A stretch of DNA of 32,000 bases, taken from NCBI RefSeq assembly GCF_000014785.1, contig NC_008340.1, positions 1,980,001-2,012,000 of the forward strand. The letters run 5' to 3'. The DNA comes from Alkalilimnicola ehrlichii MLHE-1. Its GTDB lineage: Bacteria; Pseudomonadota; Gammaproteobacteria; Nitrococcales; Halorhodospiraceae. Each line of letters opens with the position of its first letter. Position 1 is the stretch's first letter. Below the pieces are notes generated by a model. That model was not told where the DNA came from. It searched no databases and saw only the letters and a list, made by a program, of their open reading frames with translations. Made by a program: the position numbers and the translations under genes. Shown piece after piece: positions 15,414 to 24,577 of this stretch.

Positions 15414-18317
15414 TCAGGTCTGGTCCCCGTTCTGGTTGAGTGAGGCGAACGCCATCAGATTGTTGCCGATCGCATCGTCCACCGCCGTATGGCGCGCCTC
15501 CAGCCCGGGCCCGATGTGGCCATGGGCCACCAGTTGGTTGCAGAGCAACCACAGGGCCGGCGTATTGCGGCTGTCGTCCTCCAGCGCAACCAGCTGATTA
15601 CCCTGGGCCATAAGGCGGCCGCCAATGAAGCTGGACCGCATGCCGAAGGTGTTCTGGGCGACCGTGAAGATGGCCGGACCGGTCACCGCCCGGGCCAGGA
15701 AGCGCCGATCCCGGTCGTCCACCCGAACGAAGCCGGATTCCATATCGCTGGTCCAGCGCAGTATGAAATTGTTGTTGACGTGAAGGCTGCCCTCGGCGTC
15801 GGCGACGCGGTCCGGCAGCCGCCGGTTCAGGATGGGGTCGCGGATCGGGATGGGGATGGGCCGGACCACCGGGCCTCCGCCGGTCCCCGGCCTGGGCCGG
15901 GGCACATCACCCCCGGTGTCACCTTCCCGATCCCCGTCGGCCACCGGCTCGGGCGTGTCTCCGCTGCGCAGGTCCACATAGTCGATGCGCTGGCTCGCCG
16001 GGTCCACCGGCTTGCCCACCCCATGCCGGTAGCGCACGAGACCGTCGATATGGTTATTCTGGATGTAGGCGACCTGGTAGACCCGCTCCAGCAACAGCGC
16101 CCAGCCCCGATCCACCGGGGTGAGCCGGCAGTCCTCCAGGCGGATAAGCCCAATACCTTCCTTAAGCTGCCCATCGATATGGAGCAGTGGCCGGCGCTGG
16201 CCGCCGCCCCCCTCGGCCTCCCGGGCGAGCACGTGTACCCGCTGGAGGGTAATGTCGTCCCCGCTCAGGTGGACCCGGCTCTCGCCGTCGTCGGGCAGTT
16301 CGATACCGAGATCGAATAGCTGGATCTGCGGTGCCTGCAACGCCCACTCTCCACCCTCCAGGCGGATGCCACAGGCGTGATACCCGCCACCACTGATCCG
16401 GATATGCCGGGCCGTATGCAGCGCCAGGTCCGCGGGGATTTCGTGCACGCCGGGTTTAAGACACAGCCATATGCTCTCCCGCCGCTCTTCGATCAGCACC
16501 TTCAGCGTCCGAGCCAGCTCCCCCGGCTCCACCACCTGCGCGCAGCCGCCACCACCGCTGCGCCCGCAGAGGGTGTTGAGGGCGTCCTGCACCGTCTCCA
16601 CGCCTTCCCGGTCCAGGTCCGGACAGAGTTCGGTCTCGCGGCCCAGGGGGAGGTGATCGGCCGTGGTATCGCAAAGCAACCGGTTGAGCGGTTCCGCGGT
16701 GGTGGTCCGCCCTGCGGGAATCCGCAGCCGCTCGCGCAGGCTGCGGCGGCCATCGCGGCACTCGGGCACGTCGTGGGGCAGCGCCGCGCTGTCCAGGTGA
16801 CAGAGCAAGCCGTCGAGCATGTCCCGCACGCTCAGCCGGCCGTCCCTGTCGATATCCGGCCAACGTTCAGCCAGGGCCTCGGCCAACAGCCGCTTGACCG
16901 TCACCTCCTCCCCCTCGCAATCGGGCAACCGGTAAGCGATGTGCTCGGCGGCGATGTCGCAGAGCGCGTCCAGCGCCTGCTGGACGTTCTCCGCGCCCCG
17001 ATAGAGGGCTTCGCAGCGCTCGCTGAAGCCCACGTCGGCGGCGGCCAGGTCGGTGAGCGGCGGGAAGTTGAAACGGCGGCGCTCCGCGTCGCCGTGCGGC
17101 ACCAGCGCGCCGTCGCCGTCCAGCTCGCCCAAAGGCAGGTAGCGGTGGCGCACCCCGCGGGGCGGTTCGCCGGTATGCTCGTCGCCGAGCACGTAGTCGC
17201 CGGGCCCCTGCACCGCCTCGCGCACCGCCGCCTGCCAGCAGTCACCGGGCAGGAACTGGCGGTCGGCGAAGGCGAGCCGGAGTTCCAGGCGTTCGCCGTT
17301 GACGGCCAGCACACCGGCGTCGATCCCCGCCCAGCCGTGGGCGTCCGGGTCGAGTTCCGGGTCCAGCTCGGCGCCCCGGTCCACGCCGCTGACCAGGGCG
17401 GGCCGGTCCAGGTTGAGCTGAAGAAAGCCGTCCCACTGGCGCACGAACGCCCGCGGCTCCCCCTCCGGGGGGCGCTCGAACGCCGGGGTGAGGCGCCCGC
17501 GCCGGGGCCGGTAGTCCTCCGGGAAATGCCGGCCCAGGGTCCGCTCGCTGGCCTCGTCGAAGAACTCCCAGACCCAGTCGCCGCGGTCGAAGCCCTCCGG
17601 GACGTTATCGGCCTGGTGGGCCTCGGCACCGTTGTCGCGGGACCACTTCAGCACCAGCTGCCGCTCACCCGCCTCGTCCAGGAAAAGGTCGTGCACCTCC
17701 ACCCGGAACAGGTAGTTGCCTATGCGCTCGTCCAGGTTCATCTCGCTGGCGCAGGGGTCGCAGGGGTCATCGCCGACGACGATGTGACGCAGCCGCAGCG
17801 CCAGCGGGGCATCGCCCAGCGGCGGGTTGACCGCCGGGTCGGCGGGGTCCAGCCCGCGCGGGCACCACTTCACCTGCAGCAGGGTCTCGCCCCGGCTGCT
17901 GGTATCGGCGCCGTGCAGCGCCGGATCCATCAGGGCCGGGTCCTCCAGGGCCGTGACCGGACGCTCCCAGACGTCGGCGTAGAGCGTCAGGTCCCGCCCG
18001 TCGAAGGGGGGCGGATCCGGGTAATCGGGCTGCTCCCCCGGCGCCAGCGGCCCGTCGCCGGTCAGCCGGGCGGGGACGCCGCCCACGTAAAGCACGCCGG
18101 GGTGCAGGCGCAGACCGCTGTCGTCCGACAACCGCAGCCCGCCCTCGCGCGGAGCGCCGCTGGCGATGGCATCCCACAGGGCGCCCACCAGCCGGCGCTG
18201 GCCGATCTCGCCGAGGGCGTTCCAGTCGGCGTCGGTGATCATCCGCCCCTGCTGCAGGTAGACGCCGCTGTACTGGCCGTGGTCGCGGTGGGACGGTTGC
18301 GAGGTCTGCGTCTTCAT
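15414..18317 (-). CDS. DUF6519-like protein with right-handed beta-helix-like C-terminal region (eCIS-associated)
   Basis: ATG at 18317: MKTQTSQPSHRDHGQYSGVYLQQGRMITDADWNALGEIGQRRLVGALWDAIASGAP...LRLHPGVLYVGG...DLTLYADVWERPVTALEDPALMDPALHGADTSSRGETLLQVKW. The C-terminal half has strand/turn repeats (IRISGGGYHACGIRLEGGEWALQAPQIQLFDLGIEL...ITLQRVHVLARE...LIRLEDCRLTP). The ORF-track extension to 19358 overlaps the next gene. Confidence 0.8.
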   Translation of the reverse strand: MKTQTSQPSHRDHGQYSGVYLQQGRMITDADWNALGEIGQRRLVGALWDAIASGAPREGGLRLSDDSGLRLHPGVLYVGGVPARLTGDGPLAPGEQPDYPDPPPFDGRDLTLYADVWERPVTALEDPALMDPALHGADTSSRGETLLQVKWCPRGLDPADPAVNPPLGDAPLALRLRHIVVGDDPCDPCASEMNLDERIGNYLFRVEVHDLFLDEAGERQLVLKWSRDNGAEAHQADNVPEGFDRGDWVWEFFDEASERTLGRHFPEDYRPRRGRLTPAFERPPEGEPRAFVRQWDGFLQLNLDRPALVSGVDRGAELDPELDPDAHGWAGIDAGVLAVNGERLELRLAFADRQFLPGDCWQAAVREAVQGPGDYVLGDEHTGEPPRGVRHRYLPLGELDGDGALVPHGDAERRRFNFPPLTDLAAADVGFSERCEALYRGAENVQQALDALCDIAAEHIAYRLPDCEGEEVTVKRLLAEALAERWPDIDRDGRLSVRDMLDGLLCHLDSAALPHDVPECRDGRRSLRERLRIPAGRTTTAEPLNRLLCDTTADHLPLGRETELCPDLDREGVETVQDALNTLCGRSGGGGCAQVVEPGELARTLKVLIEERRESIWLCLKPGVHEIPADLALHTARHIRISGGGYHACGIRLEGGEWALQAPQIQLFDLGIELPDDGESRVHLSGDDITLQRVHVLAREAEGGGGQRRPLLHIDGQLKEGIGLIRLEDCRLTPVDRGWALLLERVYQVAYIQNNHIDGLVRYRHGVGKPVDPASQRIDYVDLRSGDTPEPVADGDREGDTGGDVPRPRPGTGGGPVVRPIPIPIRDPILNRRLPDRVADAEGSLHVNNNFILRWTSDMESGFVRVDDRDRRFLARAVTGPAIFTVAQNTFGMRSSFIGGRLMAQGNQLVALEDDSRNTPALWLLCNQLVAHGHIGPGLEARHTAVDDAIGNNLMAFASLNQNGDQT

Positions 18318-18352
18318 AGTGGTCTTTCTCGCTCTGCGCTTTCCGTGGTGGG

Positions 18353-20044
18353 TTATCGCCGGTAGGGCGGTGGACACTGCAACCGGGGGTCGGGGATCAG
18401 CACCGCCTCGATGCCCAGCGGCAGGTAATTGGCCAGTTTGTCCCGCACCGCCTGCCAGCGGAGCTGGTGGCGGGCGTCGTGATAAGCACCCATCTCGCCG
18501 CCGTCCTCGGCGCCCCGGGTGATGGCCTCGGGGCAGTGCCAGTGCAGCACCCCGGCACCGGGCTCGCCGAAGCGGTCTTCGAGAAAGACCGCCTGCCGGT
18601 GGGTACTGCGCGCCAGGCGCAGGGCCGAGGGCTCGCCCTGGTGGCGCCATTCCGCCTCGGGCACGAAGGGCAGTCGGCTGTAGCGGATACAGCCCGCGGC
18701 GGGCAGGTCGCCGCCGCTCTCCACCCCGCGCGGCACCGGCACGCTGATGCTGTCGCTCATCCACAACCGCGTCGCCACCAGCCGGTCGAGCACGGTGCAG
18801 TACTCCAGCTCCGCCTCCGCCCCAGCGGCGAGGAGCGTGTTGAACAGGCAGCCGCGCGCCGCCACCGCCGGTCCGCCGTGGCCCGCCGTGGTGACGGCCA
18901 GGTGGCGCAGGGCGCAGCCGTGCAGCGCCAGGCTCCCCCGCTCCAGGGCCAGCCGGTGGGGCAGCCACAGGTGTTGGAGACGGAACAGCACCCGGTCGCC
19001 GTCCACCTGTGGGCCCAGCCCTTCCCGCCCCAGCAGCTTGAGCGGCCGTTCGGTGCGGGCGCGCAGGTCGAGGCAGGTCCACTCCTCGCCCCGCCAGTGG
19101 ATGGTCCGGCGGTGGTACTCGATCTCGTCGTCGCGGTAGTGCGCCTGCGTGCCCACCCGCTCCCAGACCGCCTCCCAGCGCATGCCCTGAGGGTCCGGGT
19201 GACACAGACCGTCCGGCGGGGCCAGGTAAAGCAGCGCGCGTCGGGGGTGGAAGTGGCCCCGGCCGGCGTCGGGGGTGCGCAGATCCGGGGTGCGCCGAGA
19301 GACATCCTGGTGGCTGCCGGGGAAGCAGGGTACGCCGCCGGGGTTGGCCTGCACCCAATGCTGCGGCTCACCGGCGTAAAGGGTGCGCCGGGCCGCCGGG
19401 TCCCCGGGCCGGGTGCGCAGCGACCGCGAGGCATAGCGCAGATCCGGGGTGACGGCGGGCAGGCCCGGGTGGCGGGCCCGTTCCGCGGGAGAGGCGTCGT
19501 CGGGGATGGGGTCCGCCACACCGTAGTGGGCCTCGGGCAGCAGCGGGTCGCCGATGCGGGGGGTGCGCGCCACCCGCTGCCAGCCCTCCTGCACGGCGGT
19601 CTCCATGCGGCCCACCGCCTCGGCGATCGCCTCCGTGGCCACCCGGGTGCCCTTGCGCTGACGCCAGGCCACGGCGTGGGTGACCTCCTCGCGCTGCCCC
19701 TCGCTGTCCGGGGAGACCAGGTCCACGTCCATGAGCCGGGCGAAGTACGGCAGCAGCCAGGACTGGCAGTTCCGCTCGCGGCCTTGGTCATCCCGGCGCG
19801 GGTCGCGGTCGGGGAAGTTGTCGTAATAGCGCTGGTCGAGGGTATTGCGCCAGCGGTCCAGGAAACGCCCGTAGACCTGCAGCAGGGCCTCCAGGTCACC
19901 CACCTCGCCGGGCGCGGCGCCCGCCTCCGGCGGTTCGCCCCCGCCGGGCGCCCCGCCGCGGCTGGCCCCGCCGGGCCGGTCACGCTCGCGATAGACGGCG
20001 GGCAGCAGCTGGTAGAGCTGGTCGGCCAGGGAACTGCGGCTCAT
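18353..20044 (-). CDS. Phage tail protein (P2 gpI / TIGR02242-like), eCIS baseplate component
   Basis: MSRSSLADQLYQLLPAVYRERD...GDLEALLQVYGRFLDRWRNTLDQRYYDNFPDRDPR...CQSWLLPYFARLMDVDLVSPDSEGQREEVTHAVAWRQRKGTRVATEAIAEAV. ATG overlaps the upstream stop (ATGA). Confidence 0.82.
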   Translation of the reverse strand: MSRSSLADQLYQLLPAVYRERDRPGGASRGGAPGGGEPPEAGAAPGEVGDLEALLQVYGRFLDRWRNTLDQRYYDNFPDRDPRRDDQGRERNCQSWLLPYFARLMDVDLVSPDSEGQREEVTHAVAWRQRKGTRVATEAIAEAVGRMETAVQEGWQRVARTPRIGDPLLPEAHYGVADPIPDDASPAERARHPGLPAVTPDLRYASRSLRTRPGDPAARRTLYAGEPQHWVQANPGGVPCFPGSHQDVSRRTPDLRTPDAGRGHFHPRRALLYLAPPDGLCHPDPQGMRWEAVWERVGTQAHYRDDEIEYHRRTIHWRGEEWTCLDLRARTERPLKLLGREGLGPQVDGDRVLFRLQHLWLPHRLALERGSLALHGCALRHLAVTTAGHGGPAVAARGCLFNTLLAAGAEAELEYCTVLDRLVATRLWMSDSISVPVPRGVESGGDLPAAGCIRYSRLPFVPEAEWRHQGEPSALRLARSTHRQAVFLEDRFGEPGAGVLHWHCPEAITRGAEDGGEMGAYHDARHQLRWQAVRDKLANYLPLGIEAVLIPDPRLQCPPPYRR

Positions 20045-23001
20045 GGCTGGTAGGCCTCCGTCTCGATGGCGATGTCGGGCCGCCCGGGGGCGAGGTGCAG
20101 GCACTGGCGGGGTCCGGGCTGCAGCACGCGGACCACGCCGCCGGAGGTGAGCACCTGGCGCAGGCCATCCGCCTCACCCTCCGTGCCCACGGAGACCACC
20201 CTGATCTCGCAACTGGAGTTGGCCACCCCCCGCACCCCTTCCACCACCTGGAAGACCTCGCCCCGGTAGAGTGGCTGGCCCAGGCGCCGGCGTCGCAGTG
20301 AGAAGGCCTCTTCCAGCGCGGCGCGCACCGCCTCGATCACCGGCTCCGGGTCGAAGGCATCCAGGTCGATGCGCAGGGTGATATCGAGCCCGATCACCAC
20401 CGGCACGTAATCCTCCACCCGCAGGTCCACCCCCGGCACCCCGTGGGTACCCAGGTAGCGGGTGAGCTGGTCGCGCAGCTCACTGGTCAGGCGGGCCCCC
20501 TCGGCGGGCACCACCACCACCTCCAGGCTCTCCCGGCGCTCCCGCCGGGTGGGCCGGGAGAAGGCGTTGGCCTGCCAGATGCTGGCGTGCGCCCGGGCCA
20601 GGCGGGCGAAATCGCGCAGCGAGACGGCCCGGGACAGGGTCAGCAGGGTGGCCGGGGCACTCTCCCGCAGGTCCGCCTCCGGCTCGCGGTCGGCGCCACC
20701 ACCGGCCGGCAGCGGCTGGCGCACCGACGCCACCCGCGGGTGGGGGCGCTGGGGCTGGGTGAGCGAGCCCGGCGGCAGGTTGCCCCGGGTGCCCACGCCC
20801 TGGCGGTAGTGGATGCGCACGTTATTCGTCCCGGTGGGCAGTCGGCGCCCGTGACGCCCGTCGCCAAAGCGCACCTGCAGGGTGCCATCCTCGGTCAGGC
20901 GCGCGGTGTAGACGGCGTCCTCCGGCCCGGCGTCCTTGAGGTTGGCGATCTGCGTCCAGCGCCGGTCATCCACCGTGACCTCCACCGCCGCCCGCACCCC
21001 GCTCGCCTGACTGGGGTCGGCGACGAAGCTGACATCCTTGACGGCCAGCTCGAAGGCCGGGTGACGCTCGGTGGCGTCGCCACTGCCCAGGGCCTGTTCC
21101 GGTTTGCCGCTGCCGTGGCCGGCCGGCACCGCATTGCCGTACAGGACCAGATTGTCGTGGCGGCTGTCGTCCGGCAGCGGCTCGGACAGGGTCAGGCGCA
21201 AGGGATCGCCGCCCTCCAGTTTCACCACCCGGGCGGTGGTCGCCCCGCTGCCGTTGTCCAGCAGCAGGCGATGCCCCTGGCCCAGGCGAGCGGCCAGCAC
21301 CCCGTCCGGATCAGACACCGGCAGGGTGCGCCCGCGCAGGGGCGTGGGGTTGCGCTGCCCGTCGTGCAGCCGCACCGTCTCGGTGAAGTGCACGAAGAGC
21401 TGCGAGGCATCACGGTAGAAGGGCCCGCCCTCACGCGCCCCCGAGCTGTCGGGATGGATCGGGCCGCCGCCGCTGTCCCGCCAGGCGCCGCCGGCGGCAT
21501 GGTGGGTGGTGCGCTCGCCCTCTTCGTCCTCGGCCACCGCCCCCAGCCGGGCCCAGGCGATCGCGCCGCCGCAGACCAGCACGGCGAAATCGCCCGGCGC
21601 CGCGTGCTTGCTGTGCTCGCTGATCAGCGGATCGCGCACCCCGCCCTCCGCCCGCTCAAGCAGGGGGTCGGGGGCCCAGGGGCCGGGTGACTCGGGCACC
21701 GCCAGCAGGTACTGCGGATTGTTATCCAGTTCGTCGCCCACCAGGCTCAGGGCGGTGTAGCCCTCCCAGGCCGGCGAGTCATCGGCCTCCGGCGGCACGC
21801 CCACCGGTTGGTAGTGGGCGCGGGTCACCTTGAATGAACGGAGGGCGGTGTCCACGGCCGACGGGCGGCGGGCCACCCACTGGTTCTGCAGGCGGTGCCA
21901 GTCGCCGGCGACGAACACCACGTAGAGGTTCTTGCCCTTGTCGTCACCGGCCTCGATGCGGCGCCGCCAGGGCACCCCGGCACGGCGGACCACCGGCACC
22001 TCCACCGGCCGGGACAGGCGCGCGCCGGCCAGGTAGGTCTTGCCCAGGGGGGTCTTGAAGCTGAGCAGCCGGGGCCGGACCCGGTCGACGCGCAGGAAGC
22101 GCGCCTTGTGGCCCGGGTTGCTGAGCACCAGCGTCTCCCCCGGTTTGAGGTCTCCGGTGTCGTCGCCGAGCCGCAGACTGTGCCCCAGCACCGCGCCCTT
22201 CAGCACCGGGCCGGTAACCGCCAGGCGCTCCTTGGGCAGGACGTGCACCCGGACATCGCCCACCCGGTAACGGGACGAAAGCCGCGGGCTCACCCGGACC
22301 CGGGTGACACCGCGCGCTTCGTCCAGCGTCACCGACTGGATCAGGTGGGCGCGGCTGCTGCCGCGCCGGGTGTCCTCCACCACCAGCGGGGTGCCCCGGG
22401 TCAGCTTGTCGTGCTCGCCCGCCAGTTCCAGGTACTGCCCCTGCAGCGGTGCCGGATTGCGGTCGTGATCGGCGGGGCGCACGGCGTTGAGCACCGGGTC
22501 CAGGTCCAGGTCGGTCAGGGTCTCGAACACCACCGGGGCACCGTCCGCCGGGCTGTGTTTGACCGCAAAGCCGGCCGCCAGCGGCCCGGCCTTCTTGGCC
22601 AGTACCGCCAGCGTGGTGTGCGCGGAGGCCGGCGGCCGCGGGTGGTAGTCGAGCATGGCCACCAGCTTGCGCAGGTTCTCCCACTCGCCGGCGGTGCCCA
22701 GGGTGGCCTCGTTGGCGTAGACGTCCAGGTGCTCGCCCAGCACGTGGCTGGCGCGGGCGAAGCCACGCCCGATCTGCCACAGGAGGTCGTCCCGGTCGGC
22801 CTGGTAGTGTCGCTCCAGGCGGGCCCGCCACTCGCGCTCGTCCTCCTCCGGGGGTCCCTCCCCGGCCACCGCCGGCCAACGCGGGAAGCGCGCCTGCAGC
22901 CCGGCGCGCAGCTCCTCCAGGAAGGTGGCGGCATTGCCGTCCAGGTAACGGAAGCGGCTCAGGCCGGCGCGGTTCCAGCGGGTCAGATCATCATCGGCCA
23001 T
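20041..23001 (-). CDS. Putative baseplate assembly protein (baseplate J/gp6-like, Afp11/12-like; TIGR02243-like)
   Basis: MADDDLTRWNRAGLSRFRYLDGNAATFLEELRAGLQARFP...EWRARLERHYQADRDDLLWQIGRGFARASHVLGEHLDVYANEATLGTAGEWENLRKLVAML...YTARLTEDGTLQVRFGDGRHGRRLPTGTNNVRIHYRQGVGTRGNLPPGSL...LREVVP-type J-domain tail (AVSLRDFARLARAHASIWQANAFSRPTRR). Start set to the ATG at 23001. Confidence 0.87.
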   Translation of the reverse strand: MADDDLTRWNRAGLSRFRYLDGNAATFLEELRAGLQARFPRWPAVAGEGPPEEDEREWRARLERHYQADRDDLLWQIGRGFARASHVLGEHLDVYANEATLGTAGEWENLRKLVAMLDYHPRPPASAHTTLAVLAKKAGPLAAGFAVKHSPADGAPVVFETLTDLDLDPVLNAVRPADHDRNPAPLQGQYLELAGEHDKLTRGTPLVVEDTRRGSSRAHLIQSVTLDEARGVTRVRVSPRLSSRYRVGDVRVHVLPKERLAVTGPVLKGAVLGHSLRLGDDTGDLKPGETLVLSNPGHKARFLRVDRVRPRLLSFKTPLGKTYLAGARLSRPVEVPVVRRAGVPWRRRIEAGDDKGKNLYVVFVAGDWHRLQNQWVARRPSAVDTALRSFKVTRAHYQPVGVPPEADDSPAWEGYTALSLVGDELDNNPQYLLAVPESPGPWAPDPLLERAEGGVRDPLISEHSKHAAPGDFAVLVCGGAIAWARLGAVAEDEEGERTTHHAAGGAWRDSGGGPIHPDSSGAREGGPFYRDASQLFVHFTETVRLHDGQRNPTPLRGRTLPVSDPDGVLAARLGQGHRLLLDNGSGATTARVVKLEGGDPLRLTLSEPLPDDSRHDNLVLYGNAVPAGHGSGKPEQALGSGDATERHPAFELAVKDVSFVADPSQASGVRAAVEVTVDDRRWTQIANLKDAGPEDAVYTARLTEDGTLQVRFGDGRHGRRLPTGTNNVRIHYRQGVGTRGNLPPGSLTQPQRPHPRVASVRQPLPAGGGADREPEADLRESAPATLLTLSRAVSLRDFARLARAHASIWQANAFSRPTRRERRESLEVVVVPAEGARLTSELRDQLTRYLGTHGVPGVDLRVEDYVPVVIGLDITLRIDLDAFDPEPVIEAVRAALEEAFSLRRRRLGQPLYRGEVFQVVEGVRGVANSSCEIRVVSVGTEGEADGLRQVLTSGGVVRVLQPGPRQCLHLAPGRPDIAIETEAYQP

Positions 23002-23002
23002 C

Positions 23003-24184
23003 TCAGCCCCGCCTCCCGCCGTGCAGCCGCAGGTGGAAATAGCCCCGCTCCGGGTGTTCGGGTTCGTTGTCGCAGACGGCCAGCTCCAGGCCGTTGAGGG
23101 CGATGCGCCCGGTCCCACTCATGTCCGGGAAGCGGGTACCGATGCGCTTGAAGCGGTTGAGGCAGAGGTTCTCCACCCCGTCCAGCGCCATCAGGTACTG
23201 GAACAGGTCGCCGGCCCAGACATCCTCGCCGAAGCGCAGCCGGCCCGGCTCGAAGAACCCCCCCGGGCCGGTTCCCAGGGCCTGCTCCACCGCCCGGCGG
23301 ACCTCCGACTGGAAGTAGTGAGGGGCGACCTGGATGGAGAGCGACAGCGACAAGCCCACCTCCTCGGCCGGCACCAACTGCACCTCCTGGCCGACCATGC
23401 GGTAATCGTCCAGGTAGTGGCGCAGCAGGCTGCGCACCGGCGGCCGGCCGTCGCGCCCGGGCAGGTAGAGGTCGCGCTCGGCGTGGAATTGCTCGATGCG
23501 CGTCCAAAGCGCATCGTCGTAGTCCTGCGGGGCGTCCAGGCCCACCCGGGCCCAGGGGATGACGGCGACCTGGATGAGCGACCAGCTCCCGTTCCAGGTC
23601 TCGGCCGCCTGGGCGCGCTCCACCACCGGGTGGGCCTCGAGCCGGGTGACAAAGTCCGCGGTGGTGACAATGCGGTGCTGGCGGTGGATCTGGCGCGGCC
23701 CCTCCTGGCGGTCCCGCTCCATGTCCTCCGGATGGTCCAGCCAGTACTGTTCCAGGCGTTCGATGGCCGCAATCGGGTCGCCGTCGTGCTCCCCGTCGAA
23801 GGGCGGCAGGCCCTGGCGCCGGCGCAGCCCCAGCGCGTCGTAGCCGATCATCAACAGCAGCCGGCGCACCGACTCGGGGCGCCGGGCGGTCTCCAGGTAG
23901 GCCTCGCCGGCCACCCGGTCCAGGGTGTCGGAGAGCTGGTCGAGCACGGCGGCCAACGCCTCCACCAGCACCACCTCCAGGTCGGCCGGGGTCCAGCGCT
24001 TGCGCTCCGGGAAGCGCGCGGCCAGCTCCTCGAGCATGAACAGGCGGAAGCCGTCGTAGTCCCGCAGGTCCCAGTCGAAGTCATCGCCCAGCGCCGGCAG
24101 CCGTGGCGGCAGGCGGACCTCCCGGCGACCGCAGTCGTCGCAGCCTTCCTGGAACTGCAGCTCGATCTCGGGGCTGTCGGCCAT
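23003..24184 (-). CDS. Second baseplate J-like wedge protein (Afp11-like), shorter
   Basis: MADSPEIELQFQEGCDDCGRREVRLPPRLPALGDDFDWDLRDYDGFRLFMLEELAARFPERKRWTPADLEVVLVEALAAVLDQLSDTLDRVAGEAYLETARRPESVRRLLLMIGYDA...TTADFVTRLEAHPVVERAQAAETW. ATG overlaps the upstream stop. Confidence 0.78.
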   Translation of the reverse strand: MADSPEIELQFQEGCDDCGRREVRLPPRLPALGDDFDWDLRDYDGFRLFMLEELAARFPERKRWTPADLEVVLVEALAAVLDQLSDTLDRVAGEAYLETARRPESVRRLLLMIGYDALGLRRRQGLPPFDGEHDGDPIAAIERLEQYWLDHPEDMERDRQEGPRQIHRQHRIVTTADFVTRLEAHPVVERAQAAETWNGSWSLIQVAVIPWARVGLDAPQDYDDALWTRIEQFHAERDLYLPGRDGRPPVRSLLRHYLDDYRMVGQEVQLVPAEEVGLSLSLSIQVAPHYFQSEVRRAVEQALGTGPGGFFEPGRLRFGEDVWAGDLFQYLMALDGVENLCLNRFKRIGTRFPDMSGTGRIALNGLELAVCDNEPEHPERGYFHLRLHGGRRG

Positions 24185-24576
24185 CACGGCTCTCCCACGG
24201 CGAATTGGTGGCGCTCCCGGTGGCCCACCGCCGCCAGGGTGTAACTGACGGTGATCAGCAGGCGGGCTTCCTCCCCGGTGACGTGCACCTCGATGGTTTT
24301 CGGGTCCACCTCACCGGCCAGGGCGTCGGCCAGCGAGGCGATCAGGCGGCGCCGGGTCAGCGCCCAGAGGGGCGAGTCGTTGGGCTCGAACAGCAGCGCC
24401 TTGACCCCGGCGCCGAAGTCGGGCCGGAAGACCCGCTCCCCGGCCAGGGTGAACAACACCTGCTCGATCTGGCCGCGGATGTGGCCGGCGCGGTCGGCCA
24501 GGCGCGGGCCGTCGGCCTCGATCCGCAGCGGGAAGGCCAGGTAGGGCGGGTTGCTCAGCCGTCGCTCCATGGTCAC
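24184..24576 (-). CDS. GPW/gp25 family baseplate protein (Afp9-like)
   Basis: YLAFPLRIEADGPRLADRAGHIRGQIEQVLFTLAGERVFRPDFGAGVKALLFEPNDSPLWALTRRRLIASLADALAGEV...; ERVFRPDFGAGV..LLFEP is typical of gp25-like proteins. Confidence 0.92.
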   Translation of the reverse strand: MTMERRLSNPPYLAFPLRIEADGPRLADRAGHIRGQIEQVLFTLAGERVFRPDFGAGVKALLFEPNDSPLWALTRRRLIASLADALAGEVDPKTIEVHVTGEEARLLITVSYTLAAVGHRERHQFAVGEP

Positions 24577-24577
24577 C

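Noticed and set aside
18318-19358. 5' extension of the 1314-aa ORF beyond the start at 18317
   Set aside because: It overlaps the well-supported P2-I-like tail gene, and the extension is low-complexity Arg/Pro/Gly. MKTQTSQPSHRDHGQYSGVYLQQGRM is a typical N-terminus.
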